From Paraphysomonas bandaiensis (Eukaryota > Protista > Chrysophyceae), in NCBI GenBank assembly GCA_965644295.1, contig CBFFRP010000078.1, forward strand, positions 1 to 64,000: a DNA stretch of 64,000 nucleotides, written 5' to 3'. The notes beneath the pieces are model-generated. The model worked only from the letters and a program-made list of their open reading frames with translations. It was not told where the DNA came from and searched no databases. The translations under genes and the position numbers were made by a program. The stretch's first letter is position 1. Every line of letters starts with the position of its first letter. Positions 35,622 to 47,483 of this stretch are shown here, piece by piece.

Positions 35622-36467
35622 CAGGGCCTGGTAACCATTAATGGTAATGCCATTATAATTGCCGGGACGTTTTTAATTAATGCCATTAAAATTGCGGGGA
35701 ACTAGACTACCATTAATGGGCCATTAATGGTATCCCATTAGTGACCTGTACTGCTATATATAGAACTGAGTGTTCTTAAGAGTATAGTATCTCCTCTGTA
35801 CTCCGAAGAAACTCTAAACAATATTAGACAACAATGTTCATGCAACTCTACAGGGAACGATGAAAGAGAGTTGACAGGCAATGAGAGAAGAGCAGTTAGA
35901 CATGTGCAACTGGATTCATCCATGGAGGTTGGTGTACCCGACAGAAATAATGAGGGCGAGAGTGAAGGAACAGATTTTGCACAGCGTGTTCTGGACAGCG
36001 TCGAGGTCACCAAGAGAGCTCGACTTGGTACCTATGAGTCCAACTATAAGTAGCTGCTTGCTTCATATTGAAGCACAATCTAATGTTGTTGAGAGGCTCT
36101 TTAGTCGTGCAACGTTGATTATGACACCTGAGCGTAGAAACATGAATCCATATCGACTAGAATCGGTGCTATTCCTACGAGCCAATTACATGTTGTAGGA
36201 TGTTTATACCCTCCATAAAGCCCTGCAAGAGAAGATCCTGATGTATCAGTAGAGAGCGAGAAGTAGTTAAGATTTGTAGTCTGCTATTTAACTAAAAATT
36301 AGCAATTAAGGGAGCACAACAGTATCTATTATATGAGTGGTGCTATCTACTTTAAGTTAGTAGGTATTAATGGCCATTATAATTGCCGGGACATTTTTCA
36401 TTAATGCCATTATAATTGCCGGGAGCTGGACTACCATTAATGGGCCATTAATGGTTACCAGGCCCTG
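35622..36467 (+). mobile_element. Internally deleted hAT element (second family)
   Basis: TIRs cagggcctggtaacc / ggttaccaggccctg. 7/8 TSD gtataaac/gcataaac. Remnant SNVVERLFSRA..R. Confidence 0.88.
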
Positions 36468-38094
36468 GCATAAACTGTTTAAAGAGCTTAAGCTATATAA
36501 AGTGAACATAATATATATGCTACTCAACACTGTAATTTAATCGACAGAAATGAATCGAATAAGAAGTCACTGTGCGTACTGCTTTTGTTGCTGCTGTATA
36601 ACAGCTGTAGAAGTTGACTTGAGATCGGCAGTTGTTCTAGCCATTTAGTTTTAGGTCCTCTCTTTGTACTTATATAAACAACTCAGGTCTTGCAACCTAA
36701 GATCACTGAAAAGATATGTGAAATGGTTGTTTGTCGCAACAACAAAACAGAAAACTATAATAATAACTCTTTAAGAAACCAACAGCCAGAAATACAAGCT
36801 CCCAAGTATCCTGCAATCTAAAGCTCCCAATAGACAGATCAGTCAACCAACTATGTTAATTTCATAGAGAATTATTATTAAAACTAAAGTTACAAGCAAA
36901 ACAAAAGACAGACCCCTAGTCTAAAGACTCCTCCTCATACACAGGACATTGAATGCAACCACAACCGTACAATATGCTCATACATGTACTACACTACATA
37001 CGATTCATATCCTACATCGTTTATAGTCAAAAACGCCCTGAAATACGCCTAAATAGGTCCTTTCCAAAAACCTCCGATTTTTGAGTCCCAAAAACCCAAA
37101 CATCCCCAATTTTTTGAGAATTGCAGAAAATCGCCGATTTTCGAGCCACAAACACCCAAAAATGACAATATTCGAATCCACAAAAATTGCAAGCACATTT
37201 CATGACAACGTGAAATACACAATCGCCAACTCATGCATAATACCGACAAAATGCAATCGGGTTCAAAAGCTTACAATCGAACGGTTAAATATCATTTCCT
37301 TGCAAGAGTGTGTACTTTAGACTGGACCATACAAATACACTCATATTCAGATCACTAACATGCCCATGGCACCTCTGCATCTGCGTCCAATGGCACCTTA
37401 CGAATTCCTCCCCATTCCGGAGAAAATCAACGGTGTATGGCAATGGAGGAAATAATCGTATATCATAGTCCGGAACGATGAGCAAGCACATAGAGCTGTT
37501 CAAAAACATCAGAAGACTTCTCATATCGATGAATGGACTACGAATATCGCACATGCGGTACCAATCAATGCTTCCTAACTCAAAACGCTATGACACCGAC
37601 TACCGTATGGATATAGGCGTAAACCGACGGGTAGCTATCGCGTAGACCAAAGAAAACGTGTGTTCGAGGGTAAATCCTAGTTGTCTGTCGTCTTGCCCTC
37701 GTAATAATAATCTGTATCTCTTGTTGTCACCAATCTTATACAAAACAAGCTACATATACCCTACATATTATGTTATCATATCGTTATTGCATTAATATAG
37801 TTATCAATATTATTATGATGATGTCATTAAACGTGTTAAAGGGTGTTATAAAAGCCCACGGCTTTACACTTATTCTTGGTGGTTGTAGATGCGTTGTCAG
37901 CAGGTCTTTGAGTGCGCTCCTCTAGTCCCAGGTGATTCCGGGTTTTACGCATGAGCCAGACTACAATATCTATTGCTAAACGCTTCAAATACTCACCTTT
38001 AATCAACTTTTTCAAAATTTCACCAGGTTTTGACTGTTTTACCAGGTTTGTTGAACCTATTACATCCATTTTTTTTCCACTCACTACATCATTA

Positions 38095-40775
38095 AATTGA
38101 TCAATTTTCCAGTCCGAGTTGTTTGCAAAATTGCCATCTGCTACCATGTCAAGATTTGACATTTAAAGAATTGAGATAGAACACTGAACGACAAAAGTAA
38201 ACTTATTATAATCAAAATATCTCCTATCATTCATCAATTTCATAATATATAATTATTATGATCTCTACAACGACCACTCATTTCTCATACGATCTTACGT
38301 CGTGACCACATATTTCCGTTTTACTACTATAATATCTATAGATAACATCGTCATGATATATATCATTTCTCATATATATAATATATTATATACAGCTCAT
38401 CACTACGGTATACTCTAATATAAGAAAGTCTGATTATTACACGAGAACGGTTGTGTACAGAAACTAGTTTTACATCTACTAACTAAAAACTGGACTTGCT
38501 ATATACTCTACTAGAGTGGCGGGCAACCGTCTCTGGACTGCTTGTGCATCGCTGCGAGCACTATATGATGCAACTGTCCCTTGTTGTAGTGAGGTTAGTC
38601 GGGGGTTTACCCTTGGGCAATGTGTCTGGCGGGCATGATGTGCCATGGGTTATGTGAGGAGTGGATAAGGCGAGATGTATATGAGTGTATGTCGGCGGTG
38701 GAGATGGTGCTGGTTGTCGAGGTGGGGTTTCGGCCACAAGTAAGGAGTAATTGTTTCGCTTGACTCTGTCGGGAGTAGGATAGAGGTGATGGATTTTTCG
38801 AGGGCGTGGAACTGAAATTCGAGCAGTGAGCTAGATATGTGGTCCGAATTCGTCGTCGGCCAATTGTGTGGCAGTAATGTGGCTGGGGGGTGTTTGGATT
38901 CCATGCGGCTTTTTGCTAGTTTGATTATGGCGGTGTGAAACCTGGGATGGGGGAGCGTGCGTGTGCGAAGTTTGTCAAGCTTATTGTGGTGTACTTGGTG
39001 GACATATTCTCGTATGTGAGTGAGGTCAGGGGGTGCGCAGGTGAGAAGCATGTGCGCCAATGATGTCGTTGTCTGTTTTGGGTCTGTGCATATGCGGAAG
39101 CCGTTGTGTGATCATGCCCGGTTTTTCCTATAGTTCTGTTTCTTCCAATTGCGTATGATACGTCCCATACGTATATGTAGTAGTAGTTTTTGGAGGAGCC
39201 ACCCGTGAAGTTAGCTTTTTGTAGAGGCGTGCTCTTGTGATCGTTGAACAGAGTTGGAGCTGTGATTGAACTTTGTCAATATAGTAGCTCGGAGAAGTGT
39301 TGCGTAGCTGGGGAGAGGGAGGCTGTAGTATGATGCCTAGTTGCCCCCATTGTACCCCAGGCTGGTGATGTACATGTCGACGTCTTGGGGGGGGGGGTGC
39401 TCGTAGCGTTGTAAAAGAGTGGCCGCACTCTTGGGCTGTTCTCTGAGTGTGAGGGCTCGTTGAAGAGTATGCCATTTTTGAGTCTGGGCGTGGTTGAAAA
39501 TTTGCGCATTCCAAGCCCTTTGTATTTCGTGGGAAGGTAGATAAGATCCGTGGGATATTCATGGGGGAGAAGGAGTATTTTTCTAGCGGCCTTTGCGAGT
39601 AGTTTGTCTATATGTCGATGTATTGGCATATATATGTCCAGCAGGATGATTTGGTGGCCTTTTATAGTAGGGTCGGGAGTATATATGTGTGTTGAGGACT
39701 ACGAGTAGCTTGCAATCAGGTGTCGCACATTTTTGGAACGTAGAGAACTGCCGTGGATTTGGCTATATATGTAGTTGGCGCACCATATATCTGTGGGAGT
39801 CAGTGTTTTTAACTGAGAATGGAAGTTGTACGCCGAGGTACTTGTTGGTGGAATTGTGGTTGTTTGGATGGGGATGGGGTGTGGGCACCAGTTCCAGTCT
39901 CTTATATATGATGATGTGTGGGTTTGACTCTAGCGTGGCCGTCACCGCAAATGGGGCTCCCAAGGCTATACGTATTCAGTTTTTGGAATGTTGAGTTGCA
40001 TCCCGGAGAAGGCGCAGAATGATGATAGCTTGTCAGTCTTGAGCTGAGTGACCTCAATGGAGGTTGTGATTTGGGAGAGGTCATCTGCGGTCGCCTCATC
40101 TTGGCTATCATCACATCATCATGTAAGTCAGACCAGCATAGATAGGTCATGTCAAAGATGACTATCCATGCAACTATTGATTCTGTTCCGCCTTATGTAG
40201 CCCCTCTCTCCGCGGAGAATTCCATGTCAGGGTGCTGGATAAAGGAGCCATCATCTGAGCCAAGCAGTTCTTCTAGTGATCGGGGATCGATGTGGTCAGC
40301 CATGTGTCAGCCATGTGTGGGGCCCAGAACAGATGAAGGTGCGACCCCCATCGTCGAGGTCGCTTTTTGTCCACTTCACTACAAGCAACCTTTTAGACAA
40401 ACGTGGGAAAAATATTCCCACGCTGCTTTGTACCCATTTGTACCCTATCCTATATATTATGTAACATTAAATTGATCAAATTTTGGAAGCTGTTTCCAGT
40501 CCGAGTTGTTTGCAAAATTGCCATCTGCTACCATGTCAAGATTTGACATTTAAAGAATTGAGATAGAACACTGAACGACAAAAGTAAACTTATTATCATC
40601 AATATCTTCTATCTTTCATCAATTTCATAATATAATTATTATTATCTCTAAAACGACCACTCATTTCTCTTACGATGTTACGTCGTCGTCACAATATCCT
40701 TTATGCCACATATTTCCGTTTTACTTCTATAACATTATCTATATTATTATAGACAACATTGTGTCATGATATATA
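38095..40775. repeat. ~270-bp direct repeat pair (38095-38365 and 40470-40775)
   Basis: Shared tttccagtccgagttgtttgcaaaattgccatctgctaccatgtcaagatttgac... block. Confidence 0.85.
38400..40350 (-). mobile_element. Decayed non-LTR retrotransposon (RT motifs, CCHC remnant, 3' module)
   Basis: GGTESIVAWIVIFD, ATADDL, GMQLNIPKT, KYLGVQL, LIYLPTKYKGLG, AHMLLTC and PKGKPP(D). RNA motif at 38535-38580. Confidence 0.85.
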
Positions 40776-41498
40776 TTCTATATATAATCAATTCTCATAA
40801 TATGTTTACTTTACTTAGAGTATTATACAGTGGTGATAAGCTGTATTATGAGAATTGATTATATATATGCAATAGTGGGATTTTTCCCCCTACGTTTTTA
40901 GGAGTATTTCTCGTATACCGTAGTGTATCATACGTACTGCTGCAGGTACTGTATATATGTATTCGTTTGTTCGAGTCGTAGTACTCTCGTAACGGTTATA
41001 ATTAAATACATTATAGCAACTACAGCTTGTAATTGCTCACAAACAGCAAATCTTAACACCTCCTCGTTTGGCACCATGATGGGTTCGTGTGTTCATAATA
41101 TGGAGCCGATGAACTATCTTTTTTCTACTACTAACAGGGACGACGAGGCCGGTTTACACGTTGAGGGATATCTTATTTGTTGTTGCAGAAGAAACGTTGT
41201 CCGCAAATCCAGTCAACCTTGTAGCCTTTTGACTATTATGATGTGGTATATATAAGAAGTATGTAGAATTCTTGCAAAAAAGAGGAACACAGTCGCATAA
41301 GATTTCCCGATAGCGAGCATATATGTATGAGTTCGTAGCTTTATAGTAGAGACACATAAATAAGCCCACTTCAAAAAATAAAATCGGTTTCGTCGATGGT
41401 GTTAGTCTACCTGAACAATGCAGTGATGACGACCACGAACAGTCCGTCATGTACAATGGATACTATATATATATATCACAATACCATGACTATTAGTC

Positions 41499-44400
41499 GA
41501 CGAGGTAATACCAAAAAAAACTGGTACAGCGATTTCACCAGGTTTCATAATAATATAATATATCTAATTAAAAGTGTGTTGTGTGTTAACATTTTTCAAT
41601 GTAATTTTTGTATCTGAGAGGTTAAAGATAAAGAAAAAGTCGCAATTATAGCTGTTATATATTAGAAGTATTATTTATGGAGTTACAAGTTGGCCCTTTT
41701 TGCTACTCTTGTGTATTGTAATAAAATATTATCATATTCTCATATTATATATAGTAGCTTCATAATATTATTGCAAACGCTCCAACCGAGTAGCCTGATT
41801 CAGGATACATTGCATATAGTCATATATAGCTATCTCCACTACTACTGCATGCGCTAGAAACAGAACCCACCATAACCATTAGAGACTGGAACTGGAACCC
41901 GCACACCATCCCCATTAGAGCCACCACAGTCCCCACCAAATACCTCGGAATCCTACTCCCGTTCTCCTCGAAGGACACCGACTCGCACGCCTGGTGTGTC
42001 GACTACGTCACCACCTCCGCAACACATCTTCGCTACAAATGTGCATCCCCAGACTGTAAACTGTTAGTGCTTAACACACAAGAGTACTCCCGACACTACT
42101 CTACAAAGCCACCAAAGCCTCCTGGACGTACGACAGATACCTGGACATAGACAAACTCCTTGCACGAGCAGCCAGGAAAGTCCTCCGACTACCCCCAGGA
42201 TACCCCACAGTCCTCATCTATCTGCCCACGAAATACAAAGGACTTGGCCTGCGTAAGTTCTCCACACATGGGCCCAGACCCAAAAGTGGCACACACTCCA
42301 AAGGGCCATCACCCTGGGAGGGGGAACCCAAGCGAGCCGCCATATCCATCTTACAACGTCACGATCACAATCGCCCAGAGACATCGACCTTTACATCACT
42401 AGCCTGGTCCAATGGGGACAACAGCTCGGAATTCGACTGCAGCCCCCATCCCCGGCCACGCCCCAATTCCGAGAAACCATCGACAAGGTCCAATCCCAAC
42501 TCCAACTGCACAACAATCATCCACACGATTTTCAAGCCATCTTCACTGATGGTTCCTTCACTCGCACAAACCTCTCACCTGCTCATCTCCTCGGTGGTGC
42601 TCACGTACAGCCCGCAACACACTACGGGGGGGCAGCAATTGTCTGGCTCCCACCCAAAACCAACTGGAGCACAGGAATTACCAAAATCCTTCGACTTACA
42701 GCCCCCGAGCATACCTTACCCGGGATAACCCCATACACCTACGAGACCCTGGCAATGTCAGCAGCCCTCACGTTCTCGAAACTCGTCTCCTCCACCGTAC
42801 CTATGTGCACCGACTGCCAAGCAGTCCAAACACGAACCACGGAAGCTCTCTCTCTCGTCGGCGGCGGGCCCTCGGCACAAAGCCCCAGGGCATCTTTTAC
42901 GAATGCCTCGCCACAGGAAATCACCGACAGCGACCAATCCGATGGGTCCGCTCCCATCCAGAACGCCGAACACAAGATCGGAACAACTGGACCTACAACG
43001 ACTATGGCATCTACATAGCTGACGCTGCCGCCAGTGGAGAGTGGTCGGCGATCGACAAAATACTAGGCGGCACAAACTACAGCGTGGTCACGACTGAGAT
43101 CACACACCTCATCGACGAATTCCTCACTGCCGGCCAATGGCAATGGAGAAGATACGACAAATTCCTCCACACCGACTGTGGACCCATGCTAGGGGATGTC
43201 ACCGAACTCCAACACCAATGGGACCTCCACCAATACATCCTCACGCGTGACGGCACGTACTCCGCAAGCGCAAGCCGAGACTCGCAGTACTGGACACACA
43301 GGGGCACCAGGCTCCCACACAAACTTCATCCTCTCAAGCCCAATAATTCGTCCAACTGCTATGTCCCATTCCACGACCGCATCCGCGAAACTGCATATGT
43401 CTGGGACAAATCATACGCGATGGGCAGAAATAGGGCCAAGGGCAAACATGGAGACGAACTCACAACAGCAGCCAAATGCACGGACTGTGACCACAACCTG
43501 GACAACATGGCGCATATGCTCCTCCACTGTCCACACCCTGAGATCGCCCAACTACGTGAACATGCCTTCCACACACAGCAAACCCAGCTTACAAAACTCC
43601 ACGGGCAACGACAACCCATCCCCTGGCTCCACACCGCCCTACAAAGACTGGCGAGGGCTGCCTGGGATCCCACCACACCCCAGGTTGAGAGATACTGGAC
43701 CGGACAACTAACAGCCTCGCAACTGGCAAATGCTTTCGGACACAACATCTCCACCACGTTGCACGACCACCAGTTCCATAAACTCGAGAAATCCGTCACC
43801 AAAGTCCTGCTCCCCCTCTACAATGGAGGAATAAACATGCTCAAAAACAGAGGATGTCAATTTCACAGTAACGATGTGACAACAATGACACCAACCTCGA
43901 CTCATGCCAGCTCACAACCACGTCACACATACCCTACTACCAACCCGACGATCCTCCAGCTACTTAAAGCAACATCCACCCCCAGAGCCGTGCCCCACAC
44001 GAGACCCCTCCCCCAACGCAGGCCTGTCAACCCGATCCGGAGGCAGACAACACTCATTTCCGACAGAACCGCAACCACAACTAGTACTCCCAATAAAACC
44101 TCCGCTGACACACATCCACAGAATGGCACGTCACCCCCCACACCCCGACTCGCATGCGGATATGGACCACCAGACACACTACCCAAAGGACGACCACCAG
44201 ACTAAACTTAAAACAAGGGATGGTTGCACCAAGGTGCTTGCAGCAATGCACAAGCAGTCCCGAGATAACTGAGCATTTCATATTTTGTGTTACAATTAGT
44301 CTAAAGTAATAGATAGATAAATGCAACAAGTTCTCTCATGTAATAATCAGATCTAATTATATACTACTGCATGCAATATTCACCAGGTTTTGGTATATTA

Positions 44401-44913
44401 TCTCGACTTAAGATTTGGTGTATATGCGCATTTTTTGCGCAGATCATGGATTTCCGAAATCTGGTGACCTCTTCGACAAAGAAAAGCTAACAGAACTTCG
44501 TGATCTTTTGATGATCATCTACCTGCGGATGATCCTCCACCTGCTTAAGATCCTCCGCCTACCAGTAATGTGCCCCCAACGGCTATTGCCGCATCGTCTC
44601 CAACGAGCATATATACGTGAAGATAGCTATATTTTATGAGTATGCAATGTATCCAAAGTCAGGCTATTCGGTTGGAGAGTTTGCAGTCTCAAGAGAGGCA
44701 GATGTAGCTATATGATGAAAAAATGATATATATTACAAAACACAAGTAGCAGGGGGCCAAATTGTAACTCAATATATATACTGCTAATAACAACTATAAT
44801 AGCGACTTTTTCTTTATCTTTAACCTCTCAGATATACAAATTACAGTAGAATATAATAACTCAATAATACTTAGATATCTTATTATGAAACCTAGTGAAA
44901 TCGCTTTACCTCG
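41499..44913. mobile_element. Diverged foldback/long-TIR element (arms ~41499-41840 and ~44620-44913)
   Basis: For example tctgagaggttaaagataaagaaaaagtcgc vs gcgactttttctttatctttaacctctcaga, and ctccaaccga.tagcctga vs tcaggcta.tcggttggag. Confidence 0.7.
41845..44370 (+). mobile_element. 5'-truncated non-LTR retrotransposon: RT thumb, RNase H, CCHC, PKGRPPD*, 3' module
   Basis: KYLGILLP; LIYLPTKYKGLG; FTDGS...YETLA...TDCQAV...WVRSH...GIYIADAAA; CTDC..HMLLHC. Frameshifted upstream of ~42850. Confidence 0.9.
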
Positions 44914-45049
44914 AGTTATTGTGGCTCCAAATTTGCGGCAGGCTCTACTGTGAAGGTATATACTAGGTGCATATCTTTGAGGCAGGCGGCGCTAAATGGG
45001 GTATATGTGAACACTACAGGGAACATTTTCTTGATTGAAGAGTCGTCTA

Positions 45050-45210
45050 CTCTCGTACAAATTTATTCGAGGGGAAATATTACTAGCCATTGTGCTGGTA
45101 CACAATTTTGGTACTCACCATGTTGTAGTCTCGTGCAAATTTATTCGAGGGGAAATAAATATTACTAGCCATTGTGCTGGTACACAATTTTGGTACTCAC
45201 CATGTTGTAG
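45050..45210. repeat. Tandem duplication of ~80 bp
   Basis: tctcgt.caaatttattcgaggggaaat...catgttgtag occurs twice. Confidence 0.9.
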
Positions 45211-45599
45211 GATTAAATCAAATTGCATCTGTATTTAATCCTTTGTATGATGAGGAGTACGTAAGTGTGGAGGGATACGACCACATTGCAAGATATTTCA
45301 TGTAATAAGAATTTCTTAATTATGCATTGCTTACTTTCACATTAGTAATCAACCCTAGCATTTACAATACACTAGAGGGTTATAAAATGAATTTCTGACT
45401 TTTTAATAATTTAGGATCACTACCACATACATGAGTATATATATATATGTATCTGATGAGTTGTTACTCTCTGGTGTACATGTTGTGGACATTTGCTGTG
45501 GGGTACCAAGTCAAGTATTCGGTGATGACCTACGATTTTCCATCATTATCAGCATCACCATCTGCATCATATGATGCTGATAACAAGTTGCTGCATCAT

Positions 45600-46003
45600 C
45601 TGTATGCAAGATACTAACTCCTCCTCAAGATCCAATATGGACTGCCAATGTCTGAGTCGTCTCCATAGATGTCAACGTTTTTCTTGCAGAGAATACGCTG
45701 GTAAATGTTTTGGGCACGACAAGTGGTATCATCCGTCCCACTGTTTCCATGGGCTTCCTCCCATTGTTGCACAATTTCTTATATCAGGACCTTTACGATC
45801 AACGGCCTCTTGGGCAGCAATCTTATATCTGTACAATTGATATATTTTAAAGATTCAGCGTATGCACTGCTATCTGACCTCTCTGCCGCAGCTACCCAGT
45901 CTAGACTAGAAGACAGAAGGATGTCACTGACTATATTCATGACAATTGCCTTCTTGTAGTTCGGGACACCTGCCCGTCGACCACTGGGAGATGAAGTTGC
46001 CAT
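45600..46003 (-). pseudogene. Degenerate DUF6818-like (Myb/SANT-like) gene, possibly TE-derived
   Basis: GRRAGVPNY..IV..IL....W, a GT-AG intron, then KLCNNGRKP and CRAQNI in shifted frames. Confidence 0.5.
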
Positions 46004-46491
46004 ACTCGACGAATTCCTTACTTACTACTTTAAGAATAAGTATAACTCATCACAGCAATACGTCCTGGTTTAAGACCATCTCTTATCAGATATAAGTACT
46101 TACTAATAGAAACCAACATATAGTCTTTGTGTAGTGTCGAATTTCATAGTGACAGTGTTAAAATAGTAAATAGCAACTAGTAAATAGTATTATCTGAGCT
46201 CTGAGCACTACAGATAGAGCTTACAGTGTATAATTTCCTTCATCACCACCTTGATAATGCATTTAATGTATAGTACTATACCCTATGCATCTAGCAGTAA
46301 GTAACTAAACCAGAACTACTAGAAGTTGCTCCACAACGTAAAGTAAATATTCTTGCAACAGGGCTAATTAACTTAATATTCCATTAGTAGAGCCATATGG
46401 AGGAGTACACGTAGCATAGCGGCAACTAAAATATGATCACGTGACAAAGGGGGTACAACAATGGCATCCATTACTTCGACTTATTACCAAC

Positions 46492-47273
46492 CTAAAAGTG
46501 TGTCTTGAAATATTCTTTAGCTTCATAGGGGTTAGTCTTGATGGTGTCCTGTCCCGGAACCCAGGACGCAGGGCATGCCTCACCGGGGTGAGAGTCCGCC
46601 CACTGAAAAGCCTTAAGAATGCGAAGCGTCTCTTCCACAGATCGGCCCACCTGGTCGTCATTGATCTGTAACAAACGAACCGTCAGCACAGATGATGAAT
46701 AAATTATGAGGATGTATAACCTGGATAGAACGGATGAAGCCGTTAGGATCAACGATAAACAGTCCTCTTAGCGCGGCTCCATACATGTCATCATTCTCAT
46801 CATTGACCAACACGCCGTACGACTGCGATATCGTCTTCGATGTATCCGCAACAAGTGGAATGTTGAGATCGCCAACACCTTTGCGACACCGATGACAAAA
46901 ATTAAATATTAGTGCCAGCTAACTTACCTCCCTCAGAGCGAGGTGTACGTGACCATGCAAGGTGTGTATGATGGGAATCAGTCGACACAGCAAGAACTTG
47001 TGTATTGGCATTAAGGAACTCAGAATTTCTCTCCGAGAAAGATATCAGCTCAGTGGGGCAGACAAAGGTAAAGTCGAAGGGGTAAAACAGAAGCACCGTC
47101 CACATGCCATTGTCCATGTATTGAGACAAACTTACGTCGGCAAATTTGTCGTGGAGAACAGCCTTTGCTTTGAACAGGGGTGCTTTTTGTCTGGGCCGTA
47201 AGTTTGTCAGAGCGACAAGTGGCGACAGAGTCAACAAGACCATAGCACAGAAAACAGATACGTTGCGGATCAT
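46492..47273 (-). CDS. Typical 2-Cys peroxiredoxin with signal peptide; exons 47273-46928, 46878-46721, 46665-46492
   Basis: [32 protein letters not shown] and GEACPASW. Confidence 0.95.
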
Positions 47274-47483
47274 CTCGACACAATTTAAGTACACAGTTAG
47301 TGTGATTAATACGAAGTTTGATGGGACGACCTGTTGGGCAATATGGGTATAGCCTGATTCTATCCGCAGCATAGTACGGCATGGGATACTTTTTTGCAAG
47401 GAAAGGTCGACAACGAACAAAAAAATATGTACACTCTGTGCAGCAATCTTCTTCTGGAAGACTACGACGAACCTATGAATATA

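Noticed and set aside
36480-38060. Short ORFs and ccgatttt subrepeats
   Set aside because: No recognisable domain or paired termini; probably old TE debris.
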